Below, piece by piece: positions 31,447 through 41,793 of a DNA stretch of 57,819 nt. Below the pieces are notes generated by a model. That model ran no database searches. It saw only the letters and a program-made list of their open reading frames with translations, and was not told where the DNA came from. The stretch comes from Terrisporobacter sp. (GTDB lineage Bacteria > Bacillota > Clostridia > Peptostreptococcales > Peptostreptococcaceae), in contig NZ_JAGHFM010000290.1 in NCBI RefSeq assembly GCF_017888745.1, forward strand, positions 1-57,819, given 5' to 3'. Position numbers and translations under genes: made by a program. Each line of letters opens with the position of its first letter. The first letter of the stretch is position 1.

Positions 31447-31605
31447 TCAATACTTAGTAGTTATTATTCATGCATCTTAAACTACAATTCGTCATTGTAT
31501 ACCTCTCTCGTTCCGTATAAGCCTCGTAGAGAGGTTTCAGTTCCTTTATAAAGTAATTAATCCTTTTCGATATTTTTATTCTCAAATTAGCTTTAAATCG
31601 TTCTG

Positions 31606-31815
31606 TCACAAATCAATATTATAATAGTCTATTAATTCTTTAACTTTACTTAACTCCTGTATAATATTTTCATATGCTATATATTCTTTTGTATTATAAA
31701 TATCATCTACTTCATCAACTAATTTATTTAAATATTCAGTTCCATTATCTAATCTTTGCAATAAGTGATTATAATAATTTCTTAAACTATTTATAAATTT
31801 ACTCTTCTCTTTCAT
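31606..31815 (-). CDS. Small hypothetical protein
   Basis: RBS AAAGGATGG. Confidence 0.6.
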   Translation of the reverse strand: MKEKSKFINSLRNYYNHLLQRLDNGTEYLNKLVDEVDDIYNTKEYIAYENIIQELSKVKELIDYYNIDL

Positions 31816-32134
31816 TTATCCATCCTTTATTTTATTAATTTTATATTTATTCATAAGCCTAACTGGCGTTTGAAGTTTACCCTAATTAATTATTGAAAAA
31901 TTTAAATTATAATAATTGTTCATGGAAGTAGATTTATCTACTGACATGAAAGTGAATAAATGAGTCGACTTTTACTCATTTGTGAACTTTATACACCGTA
32001 GGCCAAGTGTCATTAAACATATATTTTTCTACTTTTGGTATAATAAAAAGTAGAAAACTCACCCTGAACCCATTGCAATTACTTGTGTTCAGATTTATTT
32101 CCTTAAAGATATATGTATATAGTATTAAATGAAA

Positions 32135-33415
32135 TTACATATCATAATCTATCCATTGAGTTAATAATCTTCTCATTCTACTTGACGGTAAGTATATATT
32201 AATTGGCTTATTATCTCGCAATTGACTTCTGAATATCCATTGCAATAGCTTATCTAATGCATAATAATCTTCATTGATTTCAATATTATTATATTTAAAC
32301 AATCTTTTTTGCATGGGATTTAAATAAAAATTACAACAATAAGCCAAATTCTTTTTATTTTTATATTTATTTGTTGCTCTTATATTGCATTCTACGAATC
32401 CTTTTGTATATCCTTTGCCTTTTATTAATGATTTAAAGTCTTTGAAAACACTCCACATATTATCATCGGACTTACCATTAATAATACATTTGAAATAATT
32501 ATATAAATTTCTTTTTAGTAATTCTATTGATTCCTTTTGTTCTACTTTTCCTGCTTTAGCATTTAAGTAATATGTCTTAGAGAAGTCTGTTATTTTTCTT
32601 TCAACATCATTAAGTTTTCCATCATAAATATTTATTAATTCTTTGTACTTACTTCTATCAGGATCACAATAATTAATTAATTCATATTTCATAGTTTCCC
32701 TTGTACCTACACCTGTTGAACCACATTTCCTAACTGATTTTATTTCGTATTTAATATTATGCATATCTAAATAATAAGTCTGTATTTGTCCTTTGTGCAT
32801 GTAAGTCATTATATATATTTCCTCAAAATACTTGAATATTTCAATTGGGAATATCCAGTAGCATACTTTATCTGTAATTAAATACATATCACCAAATGTA
32901 CAATTATTTTTTAATTCTGAGAATGCTCCAAACTTATCATCATAGTTTTCATCATGCCATGTTATTTTTTTAGTTTTATCATCTACAGTTATTACATTTA
33001 ATTCCATAAGATAATTTAAATCACTTTTACTAACTTTCATTTCTTCTAATATATTCATTGTTTCGTCTAATATTAGTGTGTATTTATTTTTTATTAATGC
33101 TTCAATTGTATCCTTGTTTATGTTTTGGAATAATGAATGTGTTGATGCTATGTTGTCTCCATCTGATAATAATTCGTTAAAATGTCTTAATTTACTCCCT
33201 TTACCTAGTTTTTCATTAGGTTCATAGAAATATCTGTTACTGCATTCATTTTTAATGCGTTGTATTTCATCTAAAAATGGTGTGATATATATGTATTTTT
33301 TACTTGTGTTCTTCCTCATCATTTGTATTGCATAACTTGATTTGCCTGCCCCACACCTAGAATCTACTATTGTTATATTTATAAAACATACCCCCTTTGT
33401 ATTTTTCAGAATCAA
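32135..33415 (-). CDS. SF2 helicase-like P-loop protein (possible origin-binding factor)
   Basis: VDSRCGAGKS Walker A, YITPFL, ILDE Walker B, LQWIFRSQLR motif VI. Confidence 0.7.
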   Translation of the reverse strand: MILKNTKGVCFINITIVDSRCGAGKSSYAIQMMRKNTSKKYIYITPFLDEIQRIKNECSNRYFYEPNEKLGKGSKLRHFNELLSDGDNIASTHSLFQNINKDTIEALIKNKYTLILDETMNILEEMKVSKSDLNYLMELNVITVDDKTKKITWHDENYDDKFGAFSELKNNCTFGDMYLITDKVCYWIFPIEIFKYFEEIYIMTYMHKGQIQTYYLDMHNIKYEIKSVRKCGSTGVGTRETMKYELINYCDPDRSKYKELINIYDGKLNDVERKITDFSKTYYLNAKAGKVEQKESIELLKRNLYNYFKCIINGKSDDNMWSVFKDFKSLIKGKGYTKGFVECNIRATNKYKNKKNLAYCCNFYLNPMQKRLFKYNNIEINEDYYALDKLLQWIFRSQLRDNKPINIYLPSSRMRRLLTQWIDYDM

Positions 33416-33493
33416 TTAAATAATTAACTCTTAACTATAATATAATAGCATTTCTATTTATTGTCAACCAATTTTATTAATTTTATATTTATA

Positions 33494-34252
33494 TCAATCT
33501 GTTATTTCTACTTTATATTCATACATTGCATTATAAAGCTTTTTAGGTATCTGATTTTTATATTTATCTGCGACATCTTTAATTGCCTTTTCTTTAAATT
33601 TTTTATAAGAATCAAATGCATCAAATAATGTATTATGTGATTCAATTTTATAGTATTCATTATTGAACAAACTGCAATCTATAATGTATTTGTCATTTTG
33701 ATATGTAATTCCTGGTGGATACCCTTCTTTAGATTTATTGCGTCGGACAAATAATAAGTTTATAGATTGAGACACAAAACAACAAGTATCAGGTGAATAT
33801 ATTTTATTATCTTTATATAATATATCTTTATCTAATTCCATTATTTCTCCTGGTATTTCGTAATAATTCTCTTCATACCATTTAGCAAAGTTCTGAAAGT
33901 TTAGCCATTCTACACATACTGTACAACCTTTATAGGCTGGTTGCCTTTCTTGATATTTATCACTATAACATCTTTGCAACATAGATGTCCATGTGACATA
34001 TATTCTATTATGCTTAGAACCATAGCCTCTTGTATTATATTTTCCACACCCAATATATCCATTATTATAAACTGATTTATGATAAGGATCTTTTATTGTA
34101 CCCATCTTAAAATTTATATATTTAGTATTTGTTACATATCCACTTTCAAATTGAACTGTTATATCATTTGCATTGTTGTATTTTATAATTTTCATTTTAC
34201 AACCTTGATTATTGTAATCTTGCTCGCCCCTTCTATCTTTTAATGTTCTCAT
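33494..34252 (-). CDS. Free-standing HNH-type endonuclease, paralogue of the intron-encoded one
   Basis: WTSMLQRCY..CVEWLNFQNFAKW..LDKDILYKDNKIYSPDTCCFV. Confidence 0.8.
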   Translation of the reverse strand: MRTLKDRRGEQDYNNQGCKMKIIKYNNANDITVQFESGYVTNTKYINFKMGTIKDPYHKSVYNNGYIGCGKYNTRGYGSKHNRIYVTWTSMLQRCYSDKYQERQPAYKGCTVCVEWLNFQNFAKWYEENYYEIPGEIMELDKDILYKDNKIYSPDTCCFVSQSINLLFVRRNKSKEGYPPGITYQNDKYIIDCSLFNNEYYKIESHNTLFDAFDSYKKFKEKAIKDVADKYKNQIPKKLYNAMYEYKVEITD

Positions 34253-34474
34253 CTCATACCCCCTTATATAATTAAATATTAATAATTAATATGCATATTG
34301 TCAAGTAATTTTATTAATTTTATACTTATAAAATGTGAATTTAAGTGCAAAATATTGATAATTTCATTATTTTTGGTTTAAAATAGTTCATTTTTCGCTA
34401 AAAATATCTTATAATGTAAAAAGAACCCCAAGAATTTGCCGTTCTGTTGGGGTTCACACTCATGGTATTTCTCT

Positions 34475-34622
34475 GAGAAACAAACACATTAAATTTTAGA
34501 GAAAACAAATGTATTGAACTTCTTCGAGAAACAAATATATTCAATTAATATTATTATACTAAAGATATTTAATATATTCAATATTAAATATGAAAAATAA
34601 TTAAAATACATTTGTTTTCTCG
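34475..34622. repeat. Iteron/operator-like repeats upstream of Rep-like gene
   Basis: GAGAAA(A)CAAAYRYATT direct at about 34475, 34499 and 34526 and inverted at 34605-34621. Confidence 0.7.
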
Positions 34623-34659
34623 AAGAAATATGAAAATTATATTATTAAGGAGACAACAA

Positions 34660-35784
34660 ATGAAAATTGAGAATTTAAAAGAAGGTATGATATTAAAAAA
34701 TTATAAAGAATTATGTGGGGTGTTATGCATTCAACAAAAGAAGTCTGGAAGTCGTCAATATGTTATACAATTTAAAGAATTAGATAGACATTGTATATAT
34801 CATAAAGAAGGACATAAGATAATAATAGATAAGATATTTAAGGAGGTTAAAAGCAAAGTGGATAATAGAAGTAAAGGGAATAATACAAAATATGCTGATG
34901 ACATAGAATATTTAATTTTGACTTTACTAAATAAATTTAAAATTTCAAAACATGAAAAAGTAGGTTTTAGTAAAAATTTTTTATATAGTCACTGTGGTTT
35001 AAGTAACGATAATTACAAATTAGTAAAGAGCAATACGCTGAAATTTAGTCAGATGATAGACATGCCAGTACAAACCATCAATGAATGCTTTGATTATACC
35101 AACAATAGAATGTTAAAAACATTACAAAGTACATTAAATAAAATGAAAAAGCAATCATTGATAACATGGGGTAACGGATATAATATGGTTATGTTTGATG
35201 AAAATAATGAACAATATTTAAAAGTTGCATCTATTGAAGATGAAAAATATATATTATCTGTTGAGCGAGAAATAATGCTTAAAATGGGCGCTGCAAATAA
35301 AAGACTAATATTTACAGGAGGACAGTGGGATAGTTTTAAATCTAAAACAAATGCAGAATTAAAGAAAATATATCCTGATTTACATTATTACTATGATAAT
35401 ATAAGTTTCAACTATAACAATGAAGATATAAAAAGAATGTTGGAAAAATATGAAAACATGAAAAAAGCAGAAGTTAAAGTAATTGTAAATGATAAGTTTA
35501 GCAAATCATTGGATGGGACAATTAAAAGAAGACATGAAAAAGCAAAAAATAGTGAGTCTGACAGTATTTTAGATAATTATAAAAAAAGTGAAGATTATCC
35601 TAAAGAACAAAAGAAAATTAAAGATGTTATTATAAAAAATGATAGTAAAAGAATTAGATTAGAAAAAGATTATGATGAAGTAAAGGTAAAATCTTTACAA
35701 AAATCATTCTTTGAAAGATATAGTAATGAGACTTGTGAGCAACTTGTTTTCAATGATTATGATATAGCAGATATACCATTTTAA
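34660..35784 (+). CDS. Putative replication initiator / DNA-binding protein
   Basis: ATG 34660 after AAGGAG; basic protein between repeats and the par locus; ends DIADIPF; function inferred from context only. Confidence 0.5.
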   Translation: MKIENLKEGMILKNYKELCGVLCIQQKKSGSRQYVIQFKELDRHCIYHKEGHKIIIDKIFKEVKSKVDNRSKGNNTKYADDIEYLILTLLNKFKISKHEKVGFSKNFLYSHCGLSNDNYKLVKSNTLKFSQMIDMPVQTINECFDYTNNRMLKTLQSTLNKMKKQSLITWGNGYNMVMFDENNEQYLKVASIEDEKYILSVEREIMLKMGAANKRLIFTGGQWDSFKSKTNAELKKIYPDLHYYYDNISFNYNNEDIKRMLEKYENMKKAEVKVIVNDKFSKSLDGTIKRRHEKAKNSESDSILDNYKKSEDYPKEQKKIKDVIIKNDSKRIRLEKDYDEVKVKSLQKSFFERYSNETCEQLVFNDYDIADIPF

Positions 35785-35813
35785 TTATACCCACAATAGA
35801 TTGAGAAATATTC

Positions 35814-35892
35814 AAAAAAAAGAACCACTTTAAATTTCACTATATACTACATATAAGTTATATATAGTAACTTTTAAAGTGGTTCTTTTTTT
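35814..35892. repeat. Long inverted repeat
   Basis: AAAAAAAGAACCACTTTAAA...TTTAAAGTGGTTCTTTTTTT. Confidence 0.8.
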
Positions 35893-36144
35893 GCTATTTT
35901 ACATTCTTATAAGCTATATTTAAACAAATACACAAAAACTAATAGAACAAAATTCGTATGCAACTTAAAGGTCTAATATATTTCAAATACCATATTTGTA
36001 TCTTGCCTTTAAGTGAAGAAGAATGCGTTAGTAATCACACTTTTGCTATAGTAAGTTTAAATATGGTTGTAACTTGTGTGATTTAAGAGTTTATATGTTT
36101 AAATTTAATGTTTATGACAATAATATCTCTTATGGAGGTGTTTT

Positions 36145-36850
36145 ATGATAGGAACTCTTATTAGAAATTTTGATATAGTTAAAAAATCTTTTGTAGATGC
36201 TTTCAATAGTGATGGTACTAATACTCCTATAAACGATTATTACTATGAAAAAGGTAATATAAGTTTAAAATTGTTTATACCTAAGAGCGATTATTTTGAA
36301 ATGAAATGCTTTGAAGACTTATCAAAAGTGTACGGATGTGGTTTAAAGAAGATATTAACCGATTTAATGATACCTAATGCTACAGGTGAAACAACTCAAT
36401 TAGATATAGCTTTTATAAATAGATCAGGAATATATGTTGTTGAAGCAAAGAATTATAATTGTATAGTTGAGTATAATGATGATAAAACATGGTTAAGAAG
36501 AGAATTTAATGGGAGCGTAAGTAAGTTTCAAAGTCCTATTAAACAAAATGAGAATCATATTAATAATTTAAGGAAAATATTAAGTGAGTATGATGAAAGT
36601 TATTTTAATTCAATAATTACATTTGCTGACAAATGTGTGATTAGATATGATGCTCAATATGAAAAATATAACGCTAAAGTATTGAATTTAAAAGATTTAA
36701 AAAAATACAGTTAAAGATATGACTAAAGCAAAAGAAACTGTGTTTAGCGATGATGAAATTTACGACATATATCATAGATTATCTGAATATACTAAGGTTG
36801 GTGCGTTAGCAAAGAATAAACATATTGATTATGTGAATAGAATTAAACAT
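36145..36850 (+). pseudogene. NERD nuclease-related domain protein, frameshifted in an A7 run near 36700
   Basis: TTQLDIAFINRSGIYVVEAKNY..SPIKQNENHI; removing one A fuses to the 36719 ORF (LKNTVKDMTK); 3' end approximate. Confidence 0.7.
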
Positions 36851-36885
36851 AAAAAGGAGAGGTTATTTCCTCTCCTTAATTTATA

Positions 36886-37206
36886 CTATTCTTTTTTCAT
36901 AGTTGAAGTAGCACTCATAATACCATTATATATTTTAGGATTTATTTGTTGTTTTTCTTCTTCCTGTTTATTTTCGTTATGAACCTCATTATCCGTAGTA
37001 GAAGTCTTTATATTGTCAACACTAGAAACATTCCCATTTATAGTGACATTTATGTTGCTAAAATCAATTTTTCTTAATATATCCCACTCATGTAATATAT
37101 ATTGAATGGCTTCATTCCTACTATCTATATTGTTATCATCCTGATATTTTGCAATAATATCCCAAAATTTAGACTCAAGATTTACTGTACTTGATTTCTT
37201 AGCCAT
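36886..37206 (-). CDS. parR: ParR-like ribbon-helix-helix adaptor
   Basis: KSSTVNL..W.II..SRNEAIQYIL RHH pattern with disordered tail, directly downstream of parM. Confidence 0.7.
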   Translation of the reverse strand: MAKKSSTVNLESKFWDIIAKYQDDNNIDSRNEAIQYILHEWDILRKIDFSNINVTINGNVSSVDNIKTSTTDNEVHNENKQEEEKQQINPKIYNGIMSATSTMKKE

Positions 37207-37218
37207 GACATATTACCT

Positions 37219-38136
37219 CTAAAATCTTATTTTAGCGTACTCGTAAAGTCCTTTAGCAGTAGCAGTTTGTGCATCGGGAAGTTTTATAAAATTATCTCCA
37301 GGATGCAAGTGTAATGAAGTCCCTCCTGCTAGGTATAAATCCATTTCGTCTTTATTAGGCCAATGTTCCTCTATCATTTGATCTAACCCTTCTGAAGCAA
37401 GTTCATATGCCTCTTTCTTCCAATCATCATAATCATCTGAAGAATCTATTTCACTCAATGATTTGTCAACATTCTCGTCTTGTATTTTATCTCTTACCAT
37501 TTTTAATATTGTACTATTACCATATTCAACTGTATTAGATAGTTTATCATTGAAATTAAATCCTTTATCGAAGTAAGATAACTCCATAGTTCTAAATCCT
37601 ATATTAATTAATCCTACAGGTTTATATTCATTAACTTCACCTTTTATGGCGTGTAATAATGCTGCATCTGCTTCTCTGAATATATCTACATCTTCTATAA
37701 ATACTTCTTTAGTTGTTCCTGTAAGTTTATTTTTAACTGTCATAGTTTTTCCTTTATAAGTATTTATAACTTCTTTTAATACAGTTTCAGTATAGTTTTT
37801 ATAAGGTACACCAAATACTATTTTAACTTTATCTTTAATTGCAACTTGTTCTAATGCTGCTGCTAATAATACTTCTACAGTTTTAGAAATTTTACTATCT
37901 TTTGAGTTTCTTATTGGTGCGTAAGACTCTTTTTCTGCTAACAATCCTACAAAGTATTGCCTTTTATTGTATTCAATAAATATTGGATCTGGGTAAGATT
38001 TGTGTTCAACTTTATTTTCTCTTCCATCTCCTATTACGGATTTAAACATTACTTCTTTAACTTCTTTACCTATCATGGTAAAAAGCTTTACATAACCTCT
38101 TCCGCAGTCAAAACCAATTAATTGTGTATCGCTCAT
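37219..38136 (-). CDS. parM: ParM/StbA actin-like partition ATPase
   Basis: IGFDCGRGYVK, FGVPY, FREADAA, INIGFRT and LAGGT actin-fold motifs; ATG 38136 after GAGGG. Confidence 0.88.
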   Translation of the reverse strand: MSDTQLIGFDCGRGYVKLFTMIGKEVKEVMFKSVIGDGRENKVEHKSYPDPIFIEYNKRQYFVGLLAEKESYAPIRNSKDSKISKTVEVLLAAALEQVAIKDKVKIVFGVPYKNYTETVLKEVINTYKGKTMTVKNKLTGTTKEVFIEDVDIFREADAALLHAIKGEVNEYKPVGLINIGFRTMELSYFDKGFNFNDKLSNTVEYGNSTILKMVRDKIQDENVDKSLSEIDSSDDYDDWKKEAYELASEGLDQMIEEHWPNKDEMDLYLAGGTSLHLHPGDNFIKLPDAQTATAKGLYEYAKIRF

Positions 38137-38228
38137 AATTAATCCCTCTTTCATATTATTCATAAAATATTTTACATTTAAAGTATATGTAAATTGTACC
38201 ATTTTTGACACATCCAATCAAGTTAAAT

Positions 38229-38385
38229 TTTAACGAATATTGAATATTGAACGATATTTGAACTATAAATTTTGTTAAAAATGAATATTTTATGAATGGA
38301 TAATTAACGGATATTCAATATTGAACGGATTATGAACTTAATATCAGAATGTAGTCGTTAAGATATGAACGATATTTGAATTATA
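38229..38385. repeat. parC-like centromere repeats
   Basis: Degenerate T(G/T)AAC(G)GATAT(T) units, including TGAACGATATTTGAA x2, upstream of parM. Confidence 0.65.
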
Positions 38386-39725
38386 TGCATGTAGACTTTA
38401 TCATGTTCTGTTTTATATCTAATTCATATAAAATCATTATCTTATAAGAAAAAAGAAGACATTTAATATGAAATTGAATTCAATCGATGTGGTGTAAAAT
38501 AGATGGGACTTCTTATAGTGAATTAAATATATGCAAAATTATCATTCATTTATAAGGATATATTAGAAAATAATGTGTACCAAGATAGTGAAAATTTATG
38601 AAATTATAAAATTTAAAATATAGGGAATTATTAGTGATTCATATATGTTAATCATATGGTTCAAATATGTGAAGTCTGGACTTGTATGGAGTGTAGATAT
38701 GTAGACATTGGATCATGAGTATTTTTATAAATGGTAACAAATTATAGGAAATATATAAATGAGTAAATAAAATCATTTTAAAGTGTACCGATTAGACTTT
38801 ATTTCAAGAAATTGTAGGGAATAATGAATAATTGGCGATTTTGAGATGATTTTTTTAATGTGTAAATGGGGAAATTATTGGATTTGGATACTTTTTTGAG
38901 AGTGTAATTTTGGGGTGAATGATAAATTTTGGGATGTAGAAAGTGAAGTACTTAAACACAATCGCTCCAAATATTCGACATGAAAATATAAAAATACCCC
39001 CTACCCATACCCTGTTTTCCCTATAATTAGCGTGAATGTGGATTAATGTATATATTAATACCTATTACAATATTCGACATTAATATAAATTGGTATAAAT
39101 TATCTGGGTTATAATTGGATAAGATGAATGTTTTTATTTGGTTGAGTGTGAGGTGTGGTAATTTTGAGGGTGTATAAAATTTGATCTTATAGAGGAAAAA
39201 CTCTTTACTTGTCCCTTATCACATGTCACCTATTACTATTTCCTTTCTATTGCAACATCACTCTAACACACATTCCTTTACAAGCACACACATTGCTACT
39301 ATAATATCTGTTGGCCAACTAAAATAAATATCCTCTGATGTGATGAACTAAAAGCAAACAACACAATACAACGCTTACTAACAACTAATAACGACTAATG
39401 ATACACTATGACCTACACTAACTAATAATACATATACTATAAGCACATAGCATACTATATAATAACTAGTATTAGTAATACTATCTTATACAATACTATT
39501 ACTAATGTATGCAAGTATATATAACAAGATATATACAACTATAGATTAGAGTCGTTGTAAACAACAAGGATCAATAAACTAAATGTATAATATCTATGTT
39601 ATAAAAACGATATACAGATAAAGAATAAAGTTATAAAGATTATAATATAATAAAAAGATAATTAAAATAAGAATACAATTAAAAGAAAATAAATATAAAA
39701 TTAATAAAAATATTTTAAAATACTA

Positions 39726-39753
39726 TTGACAATTATTGTAAATATGATATAAT
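39726..39753 (+). promoter_or_regulatory. SigA-type early promoter
   Basis: TTGACA-16-TATAAT with extended TG. Confidence 0.8.
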
Positions 39754-39830
39754 ATAAGTATAAAAAGAAATGAAACAACAGAAAAACAAGTGGAAAATTA
39801 ATAAAATAAATATAAAATTAATAAAATTAC

Positions 39831-39859
39831 TTGACAATAACTAGAAACGATGATATAAT
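39831..39859 (+). promoter_or_regulatory. SigA-type early promoter
   Basis: TTGACA-17-TATAAT with extended TG. Confidence 0.85.
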
Positions 39860-39892
39860 TAAAGTATAATAAATAAAAAGGAGATCAGAAAA

Positions 39893-40282
39893 ATGAGAAT
39901 AAAATTAGAAGGAAATAATAAAAAAGAAATAAGAAACCTTGTACATGAAGTAGAGGAAAAAGGATTATTAATAAAAAGATGTGTTAACAAATATGAAGAA
40001 GGCGGACTATTAGTTATGGAATTTGATTGCGAAGTTCAATTTGGTAACTGGAACGAAATAGAAAAAGAATATTTAAATAAAAAAGAGTTAGTAGATTTTT
40101 TAGCACCAATAATAAACATCAGTAAAAAGGAACTTAATATCGAAATAGCTAAACACGATTTACCATACTGGGTAATAGGTTGTAAAATAGTCCAATTTTT
40201 AAGAAGAATTGACAATTTAGCTTTGATATATAGTGATCGCTTCAAAGTGTATGGTGAAAATATGGTTTATGTACTAAATTAA
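39893..40282 (+). CDS. Early hypothetical protein
   Basis: RBS AAGGAG downstream of tandem promoters. Confidence 0.7.
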   Translation: MRIKLEGNNKKEIRNLVHEVEEKGLLIKRCVNKYEEGGLLVMEFDCEVQFGNWNEIEKEYLNKKELVDFLAPIINISKKELNIEIAKHDLPYWVIGCKIVQFLRRIDNLALIYSDRFKVYGENMVYVLN

Positions 40283-40340
40283 TTTCTAATTATGTACTAT
40301 AAATTAATAACTATAAAATATAACAAAGGGGAAAAATAAA

Positions 40341-40474
40341 ATGAAAAAATACTAATAGGAACACTTTTAACAATAACATTATTAGGAGCAACTCTTATAA
40401 AAGGAATAGACACAACAGAGTACGGAATGCTAATAAACTTTGCAGATGGAACTGGATACTTTATAGAGAAATAA
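40341..40474 (+). pseudogene. Small secreted/membrane peptide gene missing one A at codon 4
   Basis: ATG AAA AAA TAC TAA as read; one extra A gives MKKILIGTLLTITLLGATLIKGIDTTEYGMLINFADGTGYFIEK. Confidence 0.55.
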
Positions 40475-40490
40475 ATATAAAATTAATAAA

Positions 40491-40558
40491 AGTCGTCAGA
40501 ACGACTATAAAAAGGGCATTAAGTTCTGAGCGTTCCTACTTAATTGTAGGAGGTTGGC
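40491..40558 (+). ncRNA. Pistol self-cleaving ribozyme
   Basis: P1 AGUCG/CGACU; loop UCAGAA pairs with UUCUGA; UAAA linker; UUAAG; GCG; P3 UUCCUAC/GUAGGAG; G^U site 40553/40554; P2 GGCA/UGGC has one G-G mismatch. Confidence 0.85.
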
Positions 40559-40728
40559 AACAAAATAAAAACTATAAACAACTTAAATAATATCAATCTT
40601 GTTATTACTACACTCTTTTAAGAAGTTGATAGATAATAAAAAAGGTTAAATATTATAAGAGGAAATTAATAGTTTGAAATTTTAGTAACAAAATAAAAAT
40701 ATAAAATTAATAACTTGGAGGATTTAAA

Positions 40729-41058
40729 ATGTTAAAGGAGAGAATAGGAAGTTACTCAATAATAATTGACGGTACATGGGGAGAAATTTCAAGAGACAAT
40801 CAAGGAGTTGTAGAATATGGAAATATACAAGGTGAAACAACTCAAGAAAATGCAAGAAATATATTAATGAATTTTATAGTAAACGATGCTAGAAATATGA
40901 GAAAAATTTCAGGAAGTATAAAAAATTGGATACAACAATTTAACGATGATGAGTTAAAAGAGTTTAGAATTGCATATGTAAGAAGTGCAGATGATGACAC
41001 TTTAACTTTTTTAACTCAAGCGGGTTATACGCCTCAGACTTATATCAATAGTCTATAA
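40729..41058 (+). CDS. Early hypothetical protein
   Basis: RBS GGAGG. Confidence 0.7.
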   Translation: MLKERIGSYSIIIDGTWGEISRDNQGVVEYGNIQGETTQENARNILMNFIVNDARNMRKISGSIKNWIQQFNDDELKEFRIAYVRSADDDTLTFLTQAGYTPQTYINSL

Positions 41059-41389
41059 AATAAGTATAAAATTAATAAATATAGGGATTTAAAATAATGA
41101 ATCCCTATATAAAATTCAACTTTTAAGTAGTTGATTAAATTAATAAAAAGACGGAGGTTATAAAATGAATAATTACGCAATAGTATACCAAAATAGAGAA
41201 AACATTATAGAAGATGGGTTTAAAACTTACCAGGATGCGATAGACTATTTATGTAATAATATGAATCCACCCATTGAATACTTTGTAATAGAAATTAATA
41301 ATATAGAACAATAAAAGTATAAACTTAACTTTCATTATATAGGAAATTTGATTACAATTATATTAAATAAAAATTTGGAGGGTATTAAA

Positions 41390-41671
41390 ATGAAAAGAAT
41401 TAATAATTTACCATTTGAAAGCGAATTAGAAAATAAAAATTTCTTTGAAGGGTTAGAAATATTAGGATTAAATAAAGAGGATTTTAAATTCAACGAAGGT
41501 GATTATGGTTGCGGTACAATGCACGATTTAGATTGTCAATGTGTATATGAGGACTTAGGAGACGACAAAGAGGTTTTAATAAGTTATACAATAAATGATG
41601 ATAGAATAGAAGAAGATTTGTTATTGGGTGAAATAATGAATTTAAAAGGTTATTGGCACTTTTCAAAATAA
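41390..41671 (+). CDS. Early acidic hypothetical protein
   Basis: ATG after GGAGGG RBS within ORF 41348-41671. Confidence 0.65.
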   Translation: MKRINNLPFESELENKNFFEGLEILGLNKEDFKFNEGDYGCGTMHDLDCQCVYEDLGDDKEVLISYTINDDRIEEDLLLGEIMNLKGYWHFSK

Positions 41672-41713
41672 ATGATAGTAAAAAAGGTTAAGGAGTTCCT
41701 TTAAAAACTCCAA

Positions 41714-41763
41714 TGGTTAATGCAGCCGTAGACAGTTACAAGCCTGTAAATGCAGAGTAACCA
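41714..41763 (+). ncRNA. Twister (P1-type) self-cleaving ribozyme
   Basis: UGG-U-U^AA-UGCA-GC-CGUAG-ACAG-UUAC-AA-GC-CUGU-AAA-UGCA-GA-GUAA-CCA: P1, P2, P4 and pseudoknots T1 (UUAC/GUAA) and T2 (GC/GC) all present. Confidence 0.92.
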
Positions 41764-41793
41764 AATAAATGATAATAAAAAGGGGAAATAACT

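Noticed and set aside
36851..36982. Hydrophobic tail of ORF 36719-36982 as a TM domain
   Set aside because: It runs through a terminator hairpin and is antisense to parR
38229..38385. Possible CRISPR mini-array
   Set aside because: Units are about 10-15 bp, degenerate and lack unique spacers; position fits parC
40341..40474. Arbitrium AimP peptide
   Set aside because: No adjacent TPR receptor gene and the frame is broken as sequenced
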